64,000 nt of DNA from Eledone cirrhosa (GCA_964016885.1 OZ024745.1:19902001-19966000); one strand, 5' to 3'. Counted from the stretch's first letter, positions 33,347-46,399 are shown. Made by a program: numbers and translations. Notes: a model not told the origin generated them from the sequence alone.

Positions 33347-33612
33347 TTAATGTCCATTTTGCTGTGCTTGTACCAGTAGATTGGTGTTTGTTTGTCCACC
33401 ACATTATGACTTATCACTGTCCTCTGGGTAGAATGAAGGTGGTCTCATTTACATAGGGGTGGACATTGTTGGAGCACTCCAACCTTTTCTGTCTTTTATG
33501 GGTCTTCACCCTATTTTATAGGATCTATGTGCTGGAGCACATCATCCTTTATATATATATATATATATATACAATATTAAATAAATGGAAACTATATTTA
33601 TAAAACCATATT

Positions 33613-33678
33613 TATTTCATTATATATATTTCAGGGATATCATATTAACAATATGCTATGCCTTCCTCAGACAAAATA
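33613..33678 (-). ncRNA. Type I hammerhead ribozyme in the inverted pseudo-LTR
   Basis: Reverse complement of 36595-36660. Confidence 0.82.
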
Positions 33679-33915
33679 CAATATAAACAGTTTTATAGAT
33701 AAATAGATTCGACATACCGTAACAACATCGACTTGCATTTGAAGAGGTTGATTTGGCAAGTGAAAAAATTGTACACAGAGAAAGAAAGAGAGAAAAAAAA
33801 AAAAAAAAAAGAAAGACAAAACGAAGAAAAGGAAGAAAAAGAAGAAATGCATGGAACAAAATAGAGAGATGGAAAGATAGATAAAGAGAAGAACTTCCTG
33901 TAAAGAAACAGAAAG

Positions 33916-33947
<32 letters not shown>

Positions 33948-34075
33948 GAAATAGAGATAGATACATATATATATAGAAAATTAGGTAGTGGGAGGTCTGT
34001 TGAGTAAATGTATCAATGATACATTTATTTATTTATTTATTTATTTAGCTCTAGTATTAATGTAAGGGAGATAAT

Positions 34076-35233
34076 AGAGATGACATGCTTTTACTTATTG
34101 ATAATAATAACCCTGAACTAAATAGAAAATGTAAACAAATTACACAATTTTTTAATTACTTTAATCTTAAAATAGAAATTGAGAACAACCATAGAATAGT
34201 CAATTTCCTAGATATAACATTAAATCTCAACACATGTCTTCACTATCCTTTTCACAAGTTGAATGAAAACTTAAGCTATGTCAACTTTAACTCTAACCAC
34301 CCCAGATCTGTCAAAAACACTATAGTAAACTCTGTTCAAAAACGTATCTCTAGGATCTCGTCGAATAGAAAGATTTTCGACGAAAAAGCCCAATACTATA
34401 ATGAAGCATTAGCTAGAGCAGGATATGCTGATAAGATTGTGTACATAGATAATGATAGACAAACTAAACAAAGTAACAACTTTTTTAATTACGGCAACAA
34501 CCTTAACAACTATAATAGAAAGCATTACAATAATTCCAAAGGCCAAAAAAGAAATAGAACTAGGAACATAATTTGGTTTGCCCCCCCTTTCTCACTAAAC
34601 ATTAAAACCCACATCGCTAAACTATTTTTCAAAGCTCTTGATAATCGCTTCCCTAGAACACATAGGTATCACTCAATTTTCAATAGACATACAATAAAAT
34701 TAACCTACTCATCCACCAAAAATTTAGCACAAAATATTAATAGAATAAATAATAGGAACTTAAAACCTAGTGATAATAGCATAAATAATATACAAGTTAA
34801 CAAATGTAACTGTAGAGATAGATCTAAATGTCCGTTAAATAACAACTGCTTAGTTAAAAATATAGTATACAATTGTAATGTTAATACTGACTCTAATTCT
34901 TTTAACTACGTCGGTTCCACATCGACGGAATTTAAACTTCGCTATAATAACCACAAGAATTCTTTCACAGATCCAAGCAAAAAATCTTCAACGGCACTAT
35001 CAGGCGTACTCTGGCAACTTAAGCTAGATAACGTTAGATATTCGACGGCTTGGAATATAGTCTCAAGAGGGATTCCTTTTAATTCATCCTCTGAGACATG
35101 TGACCTCTGCGCAGAGGAGATATTCTTTATACTAAAATCTAAAAATTCCCTTAATCTACGGACAAATTTATTCAGTTGTTGCAAACATAGATTAAACTCA
35201 ACGTTTAAATATAAATTTAAATTTAAAATGTAG
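34076..35233 (+). CDS. PLE polyprotein C-terminal part: end of RT, Zn-binding linker, GIY-YIG endonuclease (possibly Naiad-type)
   Basis: In-frame RDD (cut YRDD) precedes the listed Met. Motifs: VNFLDITL, SNHP, IIWFAPPFS, CNCRDRSKCPLNNNC, NIVY...YVGST..FKLRYNNH, CDLC, CKH. No internal stop. Clade assignment is tentative. Confidence 0.88.
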   Translation, partial: RDDMLLLIDNNNPELNRKCKQITQFFNYFNLKIEIENNHRIVNFLDITLNLNTCLHYPFHKLNENLSYVNFNSNHPRSVKNTIVNSVQKRISRISSNRKIFDEKAQYYNEALARAGYADKIVYIDNDRQTKQSNNFFNYGNNLNNYNRKHYNNSKGQKRNRTRNIIWFAPPFSLNIKTHIAKLFFKALDNRFPRTHRYHSIFNRHTIKLTYSSTKNLAQNINRINNRNLKPSDNSINNIQVNKCNCRDRSKCPLNNNCLVKNIVYNCNVNTDSNSFNYVGSTSTEFKLRYNNHKNSFTDPSKKSSTALSGVLWQLKLDNVRYSTAWNIVSRGIPFNSSSETCDLCAEEIFFILKSKNSLNLRTNLFSCCKHRLNSTFKYKFKFKM

Positions 35234-36594
35234 TATATTTAGTTTGATTTATATTTATATGGGAAACTAGCCGATAAATCTTTGATTCCTTCTTTTTATT
35301 CTTTTTATTTTTTATTTTTATTTTATTTTTATTTAAACATTCCTCATGAAAAATTAAGCTACCCTAAAAGCTGATGCTCCAAATATTTCGAATAAACGTT
35401 ACACTAGATAAACTTCTATATTAAATATAAGAACACATGTAGACCAAATTGGGCATCCTAAACTTTTTGAAATGATCTTTGCTAGATGTGATTTGATAGA
35501 TAATTTTTTGGCTTTGTCTGTTTTTCGACTCTGATGCTTATAATGAACTTGGCAATATATTGTCAATTAATTTTGAAGGGTTGATCTTTGTGGTTTATTT
35601 TTATTTTTTATTATTGTAGTATTTTCTAATATTTTTATTTTTAATATTTTTAATATGTAAATTTTTTAATATGTAATATTTTTAATATGTAATATTCTTT
35701 CGTAATATTTTTTTAGTTTTCTATTTTATTATTACTTATTATTATTATTGTTATTTTTTAGTTTTGTTTCTGATATATATTTTTATTAGTATATTGAAAT
35801 CTGCTCTCTATTTCTGCTTGATAGATAATCTTGTAGAGTAAAGACAGGAATAATAATACACATATATGTATACTCAAAGTTTTATACCACATTGAGAATG
35901 TTTTCCGTGAACTTAGGGTTTGCAGAGTTGATCATGTGGATTCACATGGATGTTTGTAGCTATCACATAAACATATGAATTTTTTTAAAAAACTAAACAT
36001 AAGATCATTAATTTTCACACACTATGGATACTTGTCTCATTCAGGAATACTGATATTTACAATATAGTGGATGTTTTATAAATACTAATACCTCTACATT
36101 AAAACATAGGGTTTTTACGCCTCGCATATATCTGGTTATTTTTAAATTTTTTCTCTCGCTATATTTTTTCTCTCTATTTTTTTTCTCTCTCTATATATAT
36201 CTCCCTTACATTAATACTAGAGCTAAATAAATAAATAAATAAATAAATGTATCATTGATACATTTACTCAACAGACCTCCCACTACCTAATTTTCTATAT
36301 ATATATGTATCTATCTCTATTTCCTCTCTCTCTCTATATATATATATCTCTTTCTGTTTCTTTACAGGAAGTTCTTCTCTTTATCTATCTTTCCATCTCT
36401 CTATTTTGTTCCATGCATTTCTTCTTTTTCTTCCTTTTCTTCGTTTTCTGTCTTTCTTTCTTTCTTTTTTTTTTTTTTTCTCTCTTTCTTTCTCTCTGTG
36501 TACAATTTTTTCACTGCCAAATCAACCTCTTCAAATGCAAGTCGATGTTGTTACGGTATGTCAAATCTATTTATCTATAAAACTGTTTATATTG

Positions 36595-36660
36595 TATTTT
36601 GTCTGAGGAAGGCATAGCATATTGTTAATATGATATCCCTGAAATATATATAATGAAATA
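36595..36660 (+). ncRNA. Type I hammerhead ribozyme in the 3' pseudo-LTR
   Basis: TATTTTGT-CTGAGGA-[AGG..CATATT-GTT-AATATG..CCT]-GAAA-TATATA-TA^-ATGAAATA. Stem I is 8 bp with two G.U pairs and stem III is palindromic. Confidence 0.82.
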
Positions 36661-37799
36661 AATATGGTTTTATAAATATAGTTTCCATTTATTTAATATT
36701 GTAAATATACTCCAAATATTTGTCGAGTGCTTTTATATCAGTTATAAATATTTACTAGTTGTAACCCAACAATTTTAAATATAACTTTCCATATATATAT
36801 ATATATATATATTCTCAGCACTTAAAAGTCCAAAAATTTGGCTTACGTACATTGATTCTACAAGTTGTTTTATTGCACTGTTAATTTACTGAAATTGGCA
36901 ATATTGGTTGTAAAGCTCAATGGAAAGATTTGTTTGTTTCCTAAAATAATATGCTTAATATCTAATTATTGAATTTTATCGAGTATGTATGTTTTTCTTT
37001 TTGGAAGTTACAATTTTTATCTCTCTCATCTAGCTCACTTTTCATGCTTTACAGGTTTTATGTCCTTCCACAAGTATTATATTTTGTTAGCAACTAATAA
37101 AATTACACAAGTAGTTGGTAATTGAAATTGTGTTTTCCATGCTGAATGGTTAAAACCAATTTAAGATAGTGCTGGGTTAAGTTTATAGCATGGTGTCTTC
37201 CATAATGAGATTCAGCTGAGTAAATAGTATATATTGAATTTTCTGCTGTGAGCTGAACATTTTGAATACTGTCCACTGGCAATGTATTGTGTCTGTAATA
37301 AAGACATTTAACTCTCATCATTCTGATGCATCTAACCTATTAACGAGTGCCATAATCTGGTACATTTTACCATTGTTGATAGTTGCACATTGAAAAATTG
37401 ATGAGTCTTTTTGGCAGCTTGCTGAATTTAACTCCATTGGGTATAGCTCAAAGAAAAAATGTACCCAGGAAACGTATTCATTTTAAAGGTACTGTACTGT
37501 ACTGCAACATGTTGAACTCTGGAGTTATCGTCCCTTAGTGCTTGTTTGTGGAGTAGGTATGGTTTCAGTTGACACAAATAGGAAAGAGTTTAAATTTATG
37601 GCCCACAAGCTTATGCCATGTGCATCTCTGTTTTTAGAATAGGAATAGGTACACCATATCCCTGCGTGTTGTAAGAAGTGACTAAAAGAGTTGGCATCAA
37701 GAAAGGAACCCAGCTGTAAAACATTGTTTTGAACTATCCTCCCCACAGACACTCCCTCATAGAAATGTGGATGTAAAACTGAAGATAATGATGATGTAG

Positions 37800-37985
37800 C
37801 TTAGTAATCAACTAGTTGAAGTATTTGTTATGTTCTAAGTTCAAATTTTGCCGATGGCAACTTTGCCATTCATCCTGTGATGGTTGATAAAATAAAATAA
37901 GATAAAATACCAGTAAAATACTGGGATCGATACAATCGACTTACTCCCCACTCCTCAAAATTGCTGGCCTTGTGCTTAAATTAAA
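37800..37985 (+). mobile_element. SINE family A, decayed
   Basis: GTTCAAATTTTGCCGATGGCAACTTTGCCATTCATCC...TTGCTGGCCTTGTGC. Confidence 0.7.
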
Positions 37986-37994
37986 AATTACAGT

Positions 37995-38212
37995 TGTATA
38001 TACTCAAATATTAGCCGATCCCCCTATTTTACATCTGAGAAATGGGAAAAAATCGAAACCTTATGTAGAATTTGAAGCTGGTGAAAATCATCAAAAATCT
38101 TATTATGGACGACACCATGCTATAAACTTAACCCAGCATTAAATATAAGCCCTCGCCTACCATTGATTTTTTTTTGGTCACATAGTCCTCGGTTTATATT
38201 CCAGTATATGTG
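37995..38212. mobile_element. Tc/pogo-like MITE
   Basis: TATACTCAAATATTAGCCGA ... TCGGTTTATATTCCAGTATA inverted ends. TTTTTTGGTCACATA.TCCTCGG is the reverse complement of part of the 22.1-kb copy. Confidence 0.6.
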
Positions 38213-39669
38213 ATATGTTTCTATCAGTGTTTCAAATTTAGAGTTAGTACTGATGATATTGCTGCACTCCATTTGAATATACTTAAAATTATTTCTTTAA
38301 TTACAATTTAGATGATGTTTTTAGTAAATGAAATTGATGTGATAGATTGAATCATTTTATTTTAATTATCTGTGTATAAGGTTAAACATAAGATTAAATG
38401 GTGTTTGATATATAATTTAACTGTAATATTAATTATTTTAATTTGTTGGTATGAGTTCCAAAACAAAAAAATATTTTTAATTTGAGCTTTTCAGATATGT
38501 TATTACTAAGGTATTGACACTGTATTAAAACATTTAACTTTTAACTTTTTTTTTAAAATTTCATTTTGAAGTGATTAATTCAAATAATCTAAGAATGAAA
38601 ACATGTCAAGTGTTAGTATAATTAAAGTGTCAGCTTGAATTTTGTGGATTATGTGGAAAGAGTTTGGGAAGTTTAAAAAAAAGAACACAAAAGAAAACCA
38701 TAAAACCAAGACTAATTTTAAGTCAGTGATTTAACATGACTTTTCAAGGACTTAAGTTGATTTCAAATCTAAATTGTATTGGTTGAATAAGTTTAAAATT
38801 CTAATTCTTATAATATTTGCTTCTTATTCCCCCCCCCCCCCCCCTACTTCCATTACTTTTATGACTACTCCAAATAATAGTGTGTGTGTGTGTGGAATAA
38901 GCAAGGGGTGTGTGTGGAATAAGCAGGTGGTGGTGGAAAATTGGTAATCTTTCTAGGTTGTCTCCCTTGATTTTTTTTAAAACCCAGAATTAGTTGTTTA
39001 GTTTACATATTGAGACCTCAACCCATCCTGTTTTATATTACGTATGGGATTTTTTGTAATGTTCTTTTCTTGTATGTATAATGTTTTTTAATGTCTAAAG
39101 AAAATTAATTATTGCAGGAATGCTACCACTTAAAATAAAATATCGCCGGAGATAGATTAGCAAAATTTAATAAGGGCCACAATTATTGAAGAGCTGAGAG
39201 TTTCTCATGACTTGTCATTTCAATATTTAATGACTTATTTCATATTCTATGTGTATTTCTTCTTCTTACAAGTAACGATGTGCCTTGCTATGTAGCTATT
39301 ATTATCTTATATTTCTTGAACTTGACAGATATAATTCATTGACTGGATACAATTTTGATGAATTGATCCATAAATAATTTCTACTGTTAGCAATTTAAAT
39401 ACTTCATCATTTCAACTGGATAGTATGCTAGCAATGATTATGTATCTTACCAAAGCAAGATCCAATCTTTTCAAGTGTCTATATTTTTATTTTGTCCCTG
39501 AGTTGCTAAGATAATCTTATTAAAATGTTACCATGACTCTATTAATTGGTTGCAATGCCTTAGTGTAGGTAACATTTGATTGTTTGGTTCAACATACTAC
39601 TAACTTACGATGCAAGTAGATTCTTAAGTAATGTTTTACTTTTTATTTTTGTTAAGCTTTTCAGAATTA

Positions 39670-40375
39670 TTAACCCTTTCATTACAATATTTCTAATTAT
39701 ATACATCATTATCATCGTTTAACGTCCATTTTCCACGCTAGCATGGGTTAGACAGTTCATCCCATTTAGAGGTATTTCAGTTCAGGTGACCGTGTCTTGC
39801 TCATATAGAACTGTTTCTGGCTAAGTTTCTACGACTTGATGCCCTTCCTAACGCCAACCACATTTACAGTGTGCTGGGTGCTTTTTGTCATGACACCTAC
39901 ATTACCACTTTACAGTGAGGACTGTGTGCTTTTTGTCATGACACTTTACAGTGTGGACTGGGTGCTTTTTGTCATGACACTTTACAGTGTGGACTGGGTG
40001 CTTTTTGTCATGACACTTTACAGTGTGGACTGTGTGCTTTTTATCACGATACCTACACTGTATTTTACTTAATTACTGAAACATTTGGAGGGATTTACTA
40101 AAATTATTTCAATTTAAATGGTATCTCTAACATAACAAAAAAGTTCATTATCATCATCATCATCACTGTATTACGTCGATGTCTCCACACTAGTATGGGT
40201 TAGATGGGCTGTCCTGTTGTGGGCATTGCCAAGTCAGGTGACCGTGTCTCGCTCATGTTCTTATATAAAATTACATTGGAAGATTTTAATTTAAATTGAA
40301 ACTATTTAAAACAGGTGGTTTTGTTTCATAACAGTAGAGGTGGTTTTGGAGCAGGTTGTTATTGAAATGACTAAT
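39670..40375. mobile_element. piggyBac-like MITE interrupted by two minus-strand RTE 3'-end insertions (about 39695-40062 and 40146-40260)
   Basis: Starts TTAACCCTTT. The MITE body (GGATTTACTAAAA, GGAAGATTTTAATTTAA) resumes after each CATCAT...ACGTC insertion. The first insertion contains 33-bp tandem units. Confidence 0.7.
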
Positions 40376-41265
40376 AAACTGAATAGAAAAGTGGAACTTG
40401 AGGACAGGAATATAATTCAATGGGTGAAAATTAGCATCGAACATTGTGAGAAAGGCTTGGGACAAATGCATAAAATTATATATAACAAACATTCAGTATA
40501 TCAAAATATATCATCATCATTATTTTTATGCCTGCTTTTCCATGTTTGTATGGGTTGGACAGAACTGAAGCAATGTTTTAGAGCTGGATTCCCATCCTGA
40601 TGCTAACCCTTAATCACTTAAATACTGTGTACCTGTTATTTAACTTTAGATCAGTTAAGAAACAAATGAAATCAAGATAGAGAAAGAAGGAAACTGACGA
40701 GTGAGGGTTAGGCAGATTGGCTGTTGCAGTGGGTGTCACTGGCCGTTCTCCGTGGCAATGACTATGCCATTTTGTCCGCAGGACACAGTTGAGAGATAAT
40801 GCAAAGTTTATCATTCCCACATCCCTTCCTTTTGTTTTTTAATTTCTTCTTTCATTTTATTTCTTTTTCTTCTATTCTTTTCCTTATTGCTTTATATAGA
40901 TATGGGTGGTGAAAGATACTTTGGGTGGTGGTGGGAGGTTTATTTATATACTAGATAGAAACCAAGCTTTCCTATGAAGATTTAATATTTATATCTCCTA
41001 ACAACCTAGATTAAGCTAAAATAGGTTTATTTGGAAGAGAAAACACTAATGGATCAAAAGTTGATAAAAATAATTTAAACATTTTTCAGTGTTTCAATTA
41101 TTTATTCAATTTATTTATATAAACACTGTTAAAAATTCTCTCTGTCTCATGTATGTATCAATTGGAAAGGTTTACTTAACTTTTTAACTATTTATTACTT
41201 ATGTTATGCTAAAAACTACTAAATAACATAATTTTGCTAAATATAGTTATATTTCTCCAAGTTAA

Positions 41266-41691
41266 CCCTTTCAGGACAGCATTTATAATGAAGTATGTTC
41301 TATTTTAAGTGATTAATGAAGAATTTTAAAGGATTTACTAAAATGATTAATTATTTCATTACTGATAAAGTAACTTAATGTCAGGTTCTTATATAAAATT
41401 ATTTTGGAAGATTTTAATTTAATGTGTGGTTTTATTTCATAAAAATCGGAGCCAGTTTTGGCTGGATTGGTAACTAAAGGCTTAAACCTTTAGCATTTAA
41501 ACCAGCCATTTCTGGCCAGAATTCTCTCACCTCCTTGTGTTTAAACTGGCTGTAACCAGCTGCTCATACTTATGTTAAGGTATTGTTCTCAAAATAAATA
41601 ATATCAAACTCTCATAGATTTGATATTATGTGAAGTAAAGTCTTTACTGAAAATATAATAGTAAATATTGTGTAATATAAATGCTAAAGGG
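41266..41691. mobile_element. Two abutting piggyBac-like MITEs sharing one TTAA (41482-41485)
   Basis: TTAA-CCCTTT...AAAGGC-TTAA-ACCTTTAGCATTTA...TAAATGCTAAAGGG-TTAA. Confidence 0.75.
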
Positions 41692-42885
41692 TTAAATGAA
41701 TCATATCTACTAGTTGTAGCAATTTGACTGGTCTGCAGCCAGACTGTGGCAACATCTTCAAGAGTTGATGATATTGATCCTACTGCTTATTTCAGTGTAT
41801 TTCATAAAACCTCTCTCTACATTATGGTACAAAAGCAAGAACACAGATATGAGCACATTCATACACACTTCCCCTCCCTCAATGAATATCATATCTTTCA
41901 AATAATATATTTATGCAGACATGTCATTATTCTCCAAACATTTCCCACTGGCTGAGTCATCTTTTCCCAAGCAAAATTGAATAGTACATATATATATATA
42001 TATATAGATATAGATATATATATCATCATCATCATCACCGTTTTACGTCCGTTCTTCCACGCTAGCATGTGTTAGACAGGTTGTCCTGTTGTGGGCAGTG
42101 TCTGGTCGGCTGACCATGCCTTGCTCATACAGGAACTGATTTGTATATATATGAATTTGTGTGTGTGAGTATATATATATATATACACATACACACATGT
42201 AAATATGTATATAAATGTGCATGTGTGTTTCTGCATGTCTTCATATTAACACCATTTAGGTGACTTTTGTCTATGTCCTGCAGCTTACCAGTCCAAGGTA
42301 TACATACTTAAAAATAAGATATGTGCTGGCTCCAGGAAGGGTATTAAGGAAAAATGTTATAACAAAAATTGCCTCGAAATGTTTTGTTCAATTCACATTA
42401 GCTTGGAAAAGTAGACATTAAAAAAAAAACCCATGATGATGTATAATTATTTGTTAGAAAGAAAGTTCATGTCAGGTGTAACAAACAGATTGGAACTGCA
42501 GTAGCTGTCATCTTCAGCTTTCTCTTCATTCATTTTGCTCTGGTGTTAAGTGAATGAAAGATGTCTAAAGCTGAAAAGAGCACAATAAAAATTATTTAAA
42601 TTGACACTTGAGGAAATAGTAATGATTCATGACCGAGGAGTATTGAATGATTTATAGGTAGCAATTAGCAGCCATAATTTAAATATTGCCTTTTTCATCT
42701 CTCTAAATTATATTTTGGAATTTGGTAATTTTCAATCTAATCACCTACTTCAGAATTCATGTATTTTATTTACTTATCTATCTATCTATTTATCTATCAG
42801 TCTGTTTATTTATTTATCTATCTGTCTGTTTATTTATCTATCTGTCTGTTTATTTATCTATCTGCCTGTTTATTTATCTATCTAG

Positions 42886-43594
42886 TTCTCTGTCTCTACC
42901 AGTTCGAGACAAGCTCTACAGACATGGGCGCCCGGGCAGGGACCCTGCAAAAAAGATCTGTCCGAGGTGCGTGCGAGACGAAGAAACCGTCGCGCACGCA
43001 TTCATACACTGCCCGGGCGTCACTGACCTGTGGGGCTATGTAGAACGACTATTGTCGCGGGTGGGACCAATCCAGTTGACCACCGAGTCCATTGTCATGA
43101 TCAAACCGCCACCCTCCTTCAAAAACGAAGGAGAGGCGGTTTTCCTTTGTGTGATAGCTATGGTGGACAAGGTTGAAAGGGCTGAGGTCAGACACCTTTC
43201 TCTCCGGCCAACAACTGATTCTTTTTTTCAAATACCACTTTGGAAGAAGAATCAGGATGGAGAGAGAGGTGCTGTACCCCAGCAAGTTTTATGAAAGGTG
43301 GGTGAAAGTGGCGAGAATGGCCCGAGTGAATGGGCCTTCTCTCTATATCAGCCTGTAGGTTGAGGAAAAGGAGGAGAGGAAAGGAGTACAAGCTCTTCGT
43401 ACTCCTGGAGATGAGGGTTGCACATTTTTTTTCGGGGGTATGTGTTACCCATATAAACTGTCTCCCTCTATTGGGGAAAATCGACTAACTTTTTAAATTC
43501 CATTTGTGATAACATTTTACACGTTTTTATTGTATGTAAACTTCCCCCTTTGTATTTGTCCCCTTCTTTTGTGCCCCTGTGGCTAATAAAGAAA
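42886..43594 (+). mobile_element. Tx1/L1-clade LINE 3' fragment (zf-RVT) inside a (TATC)n microsatellite
   Basis: LPVRDKLYRHG...CPRCVRDEETVAHAFIHCPGVTDLW is a CCHC zf-RVT motif. The 3' UTR ends AATAAAGAAA, with TATC/TGTC repeats on both sides. Confidence 0.85.
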
Positions 43595-43666
43595 TATATC
43601 TATCTCTCTGTCTATGTATCTATCTATCTAACTATTTATCTATTTATTTATTTTTTGAAAATATGT

Positions 43667-43943
43667 TGGTACCACAACATCCAGTCCTAAATAAATGAGG
43701 TCGTCTAGGTGTCACGACAAAAAAACACAGTCCACGCTGTAATGTGGCCGTGTAGGTAACACGGTAAAAACCTCCCAGTCCACACTGTAAACATGGTTGG
43801 TGTTAGGAAGGGCATCCAGCCGTAGAAAACCTACCAGGCAGTCCTATACGAGCAAGACAACCAATCTTGCTTCAAGTGGGACAATTCCCATCTAAACCCA
43901 TGCTAGCGTGGAAGATAGACGTTAAACGATGATGATGATGATG
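43667..43943 (+). mobile_element. RTE 3'-UTR copy (SINE-like)
   Basis: Closely matches 53085-53360 and ends GACGTTAAAC(GAT)n. Confidence 0.9.
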
Positions 43944-43994
43944 ACAATGTTGTAGTTGCTCAGTTTTTCAAACATCATTCTTGTGATGGTAAGT

Positions 43995-44290
43995 CATGTG
44001 ACTTAGTGGGTAAAGTGCTGAACTCATGATTGTAAAGTTGTGAGTTCGATGTTTGGGCCAGGTGATGCATTGTGCCTTTGAGCAAGACACTTTATTTCAT
44101 GTTGCTCCACTCAGCTGAAAAAAATAAGTTGTGCTGGTATTCAAAGGGCCAGCCCTGTCCCACTGTGTCAAGCTGAATCTCTGTTAAGGGTAACATGTGT
44201 TTGTTGAATGCTCAGCTACTTGCATATTAACCTCAGGAGTAGGCTGAACTATTGATTGAACTTGAGCATTCATCATTGAGACTGACAGAC
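43995..44290 (+). mobile_element. tRNA-headed SINE family B (CORE-like)
   Basis: GTGACTTAGTGG...GAGTTCGAT...CCTTTGAGCAAGACACTTTATTTCA. Related copies lie near 48020, 55640 and 60378. Confidence 0.75.
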
Positions 44291-44978
44291 AGACACATGC
44301 ACACACACATATCATTCTTATGATATTTAATTTACCACAAATGACATGTAAAAACCATGTAAAATAAAGGGCTGTGAGGACTTTACAGTTGTTTCAAGTA
44401 CATGACAACCTTCTCAGTGTGGGTGCCATGATACATCTAGTACAATCTGTAAAATAGCATTAGGAAGGATATCCAACTGTAGTGATCATGCCAAAACTAG
44501 ACTGCATGTAGGTAGCTCTGTACAGTAGCTTCCTGTACAGTAGCTCTGATTCTTTATGAGCAAGACATGGTCACCTTACCCAACTTGCCTCTAATGGGAC
44601 AACCCGTCTAACTTATGCTAGCATGGAAAATGGATGTTAAACGTTGATGATAATGATGATTTAGTCTGTGACAACCTGTCAAACCCGTGCCAGTATAGAA
44701 AGATAGATGTTAAATGATGGTGAACTTGTAACATCAACCTTTTTGATACCATTCCAGCTAAAAGTGGCTCTAGTTCTATGAAACAAAAAGCACATTTTAA
44801 AGGGTTCCAATTTAAATTAATATCTTCCAGCATAATTGTATATAAGAACGATACATTAAGTTACTTGGTAATGATATAATTAATAATTTCAGTAAATTTC
44901 TGAAAATTCTTCATTAAATGAAATAGTGTATTTCATTAGAAATATGGTCACAAACCAGCTAAGTAGTAATGGGTTTAA

Positions 44979-45172
44979 CCCTTTTGATACCAACCTGACC
45001 CAAACTGGCTCTGGTTCTATGAAACAAAACCACGCATTTTAAAGGGTCCCTTTTTTTCCAGCATGATTCTATAAAAGACAATATGTTACTATCTTAGTAA
45101 CAAAATAACAAATAATGTTAGTAGATCCCTTCACATTCTTTAATTGCAGTAAAGTGTATTTCATTAAAAGGG
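44979..45172. mobile_element. piggyBac-like MITE, preceded by a similar tandem copy at about 44735-44974
   Basis: TTAA-CCCTTTT...AAAAGGG-TTAA; both copies share GGCTCT.GTTCTATGAAACAAAA. Confidence 0.8.
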
Positions 45173-46399
45173 TTAAATAAGCAAGATTAGTTTTGGAGGG
45201 ACTTTCTATTTTTTGTATTCTTAGCTTCTGTGGTGATATATATTTCAAGTACCTTATTTTTTTAAATATATTTTCCGTATTCTTAGCTTCTCTAGTGATG
45301 TTTCAAGTACCTTAGTATTTTAAGCAGTTTTTATTCAGTTATATCTTCAGCACTGTTGCACTACTAAAGACCAGGTGTTTTAATTCACTAGTGCCACATT
45401 AGTAACAATAATTGTTTCTACTTTTGGCACAAGGCCAGCAATTATTCTGGTACTTTATTTTATCGACCCCATAAGGATGAAAGGCAAAGTTAACAATAAT
45501 ATCTGTTAATGCTTGTCAGCAATTTTCTTTTACGTGCAGTTATGCCATCAAAGATTAAAAACAGTTATCTTCTATATGTAGAAGACATTGCAATTAAGAG
45601 ATGTAAACCACCCCAATCAGTAGTCAGTATACTTTAGAAACGTATTGTTGATAGTTTTACCCAGCTCCGCTCCCTTTTGTTAGGGGCTTTTGTATTCCTG
45701 TTGGTTGTGGCTTACTTTAATTACAGAGCTTTATAACATATTAAGCAAGTATTCAGTTTAAGTAACTATTGTTGTTGCTGTATCTGTATTGATCTGAATA
45801 TCAACAACCTGTTTGTTCAATTCCTTACAGAATTGGGAGTTGTCATTGCTAAAAACCTATCACGTTTTTTAATAGTCTGATGTATTTGCTATTTTCCTTA
45901 ATTTATCACACTATGTAATTATCACCAGGCACTGTACATTGATTTATACCATTAAATACTTTATCGATGATCAATTTAAGTTTTCAGGATTAACTAATGG
46001 TATTTTTGTGTATTCTGCTGAAAAATCAAATGTTGCAAGATTACAGCATTTGTGAAAGTTTGTGTTAGCAATCAATCTGCCTTGCTAGAGTATCACTGCT
46101 TCACTTATGATTGATTTCTGGACATTGCACAGATTTAGAACAATGGTGTTTTTGTAGTTTAAATATTAATTTATTTCAGTTTGTTAATTGATTTAGATTC
46201 ATATAAACTTGTAGAAAAATTGCATCAACTTGCATAAATATAGCTTTCTCTCGCCGTATCTTTGATGTGCAAAGTGGCTTTATTTGTACAAATAAATATT
46301 GCATACTATCTCTTTGCTGAAAGAAAAGAACACAGTTCACTTTTATCATTCTGTTGTCATTGACTTGCTACTGGAATAAGTTATTAGTAGTAGATAGCT

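Larger units (their letters stand above)
33570..36790 (+). mobile_element. 5'-truncated Penelope-like element with an inverted 5' pseudo-LTR, inserted in (TA)n
   Basis: About 500-bp inverted repeats (33570-34073 and 36198-36703) flank an RT-thumb/GIY-YIG ORF. Each repeat contains a hammerhead. (AT)10-11 lies on both sides. Confidence 0.93.

Noticed and set aside
34085-35233. Selenocysteine (UGA) recoding as reported for some Naiad PLEs
   Set aside because: The retained ORF has no in-frame TGA and ends in TAG.
33570-36703. DNA transposon with 500-bp TIRs
   Set aside because: The enclosed ORF is RT-thumb plus GIY-YIG rather than a transposase, the arms are asymmetric, and they contain hammerheads. 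This fits a PLE inverted pLTR.
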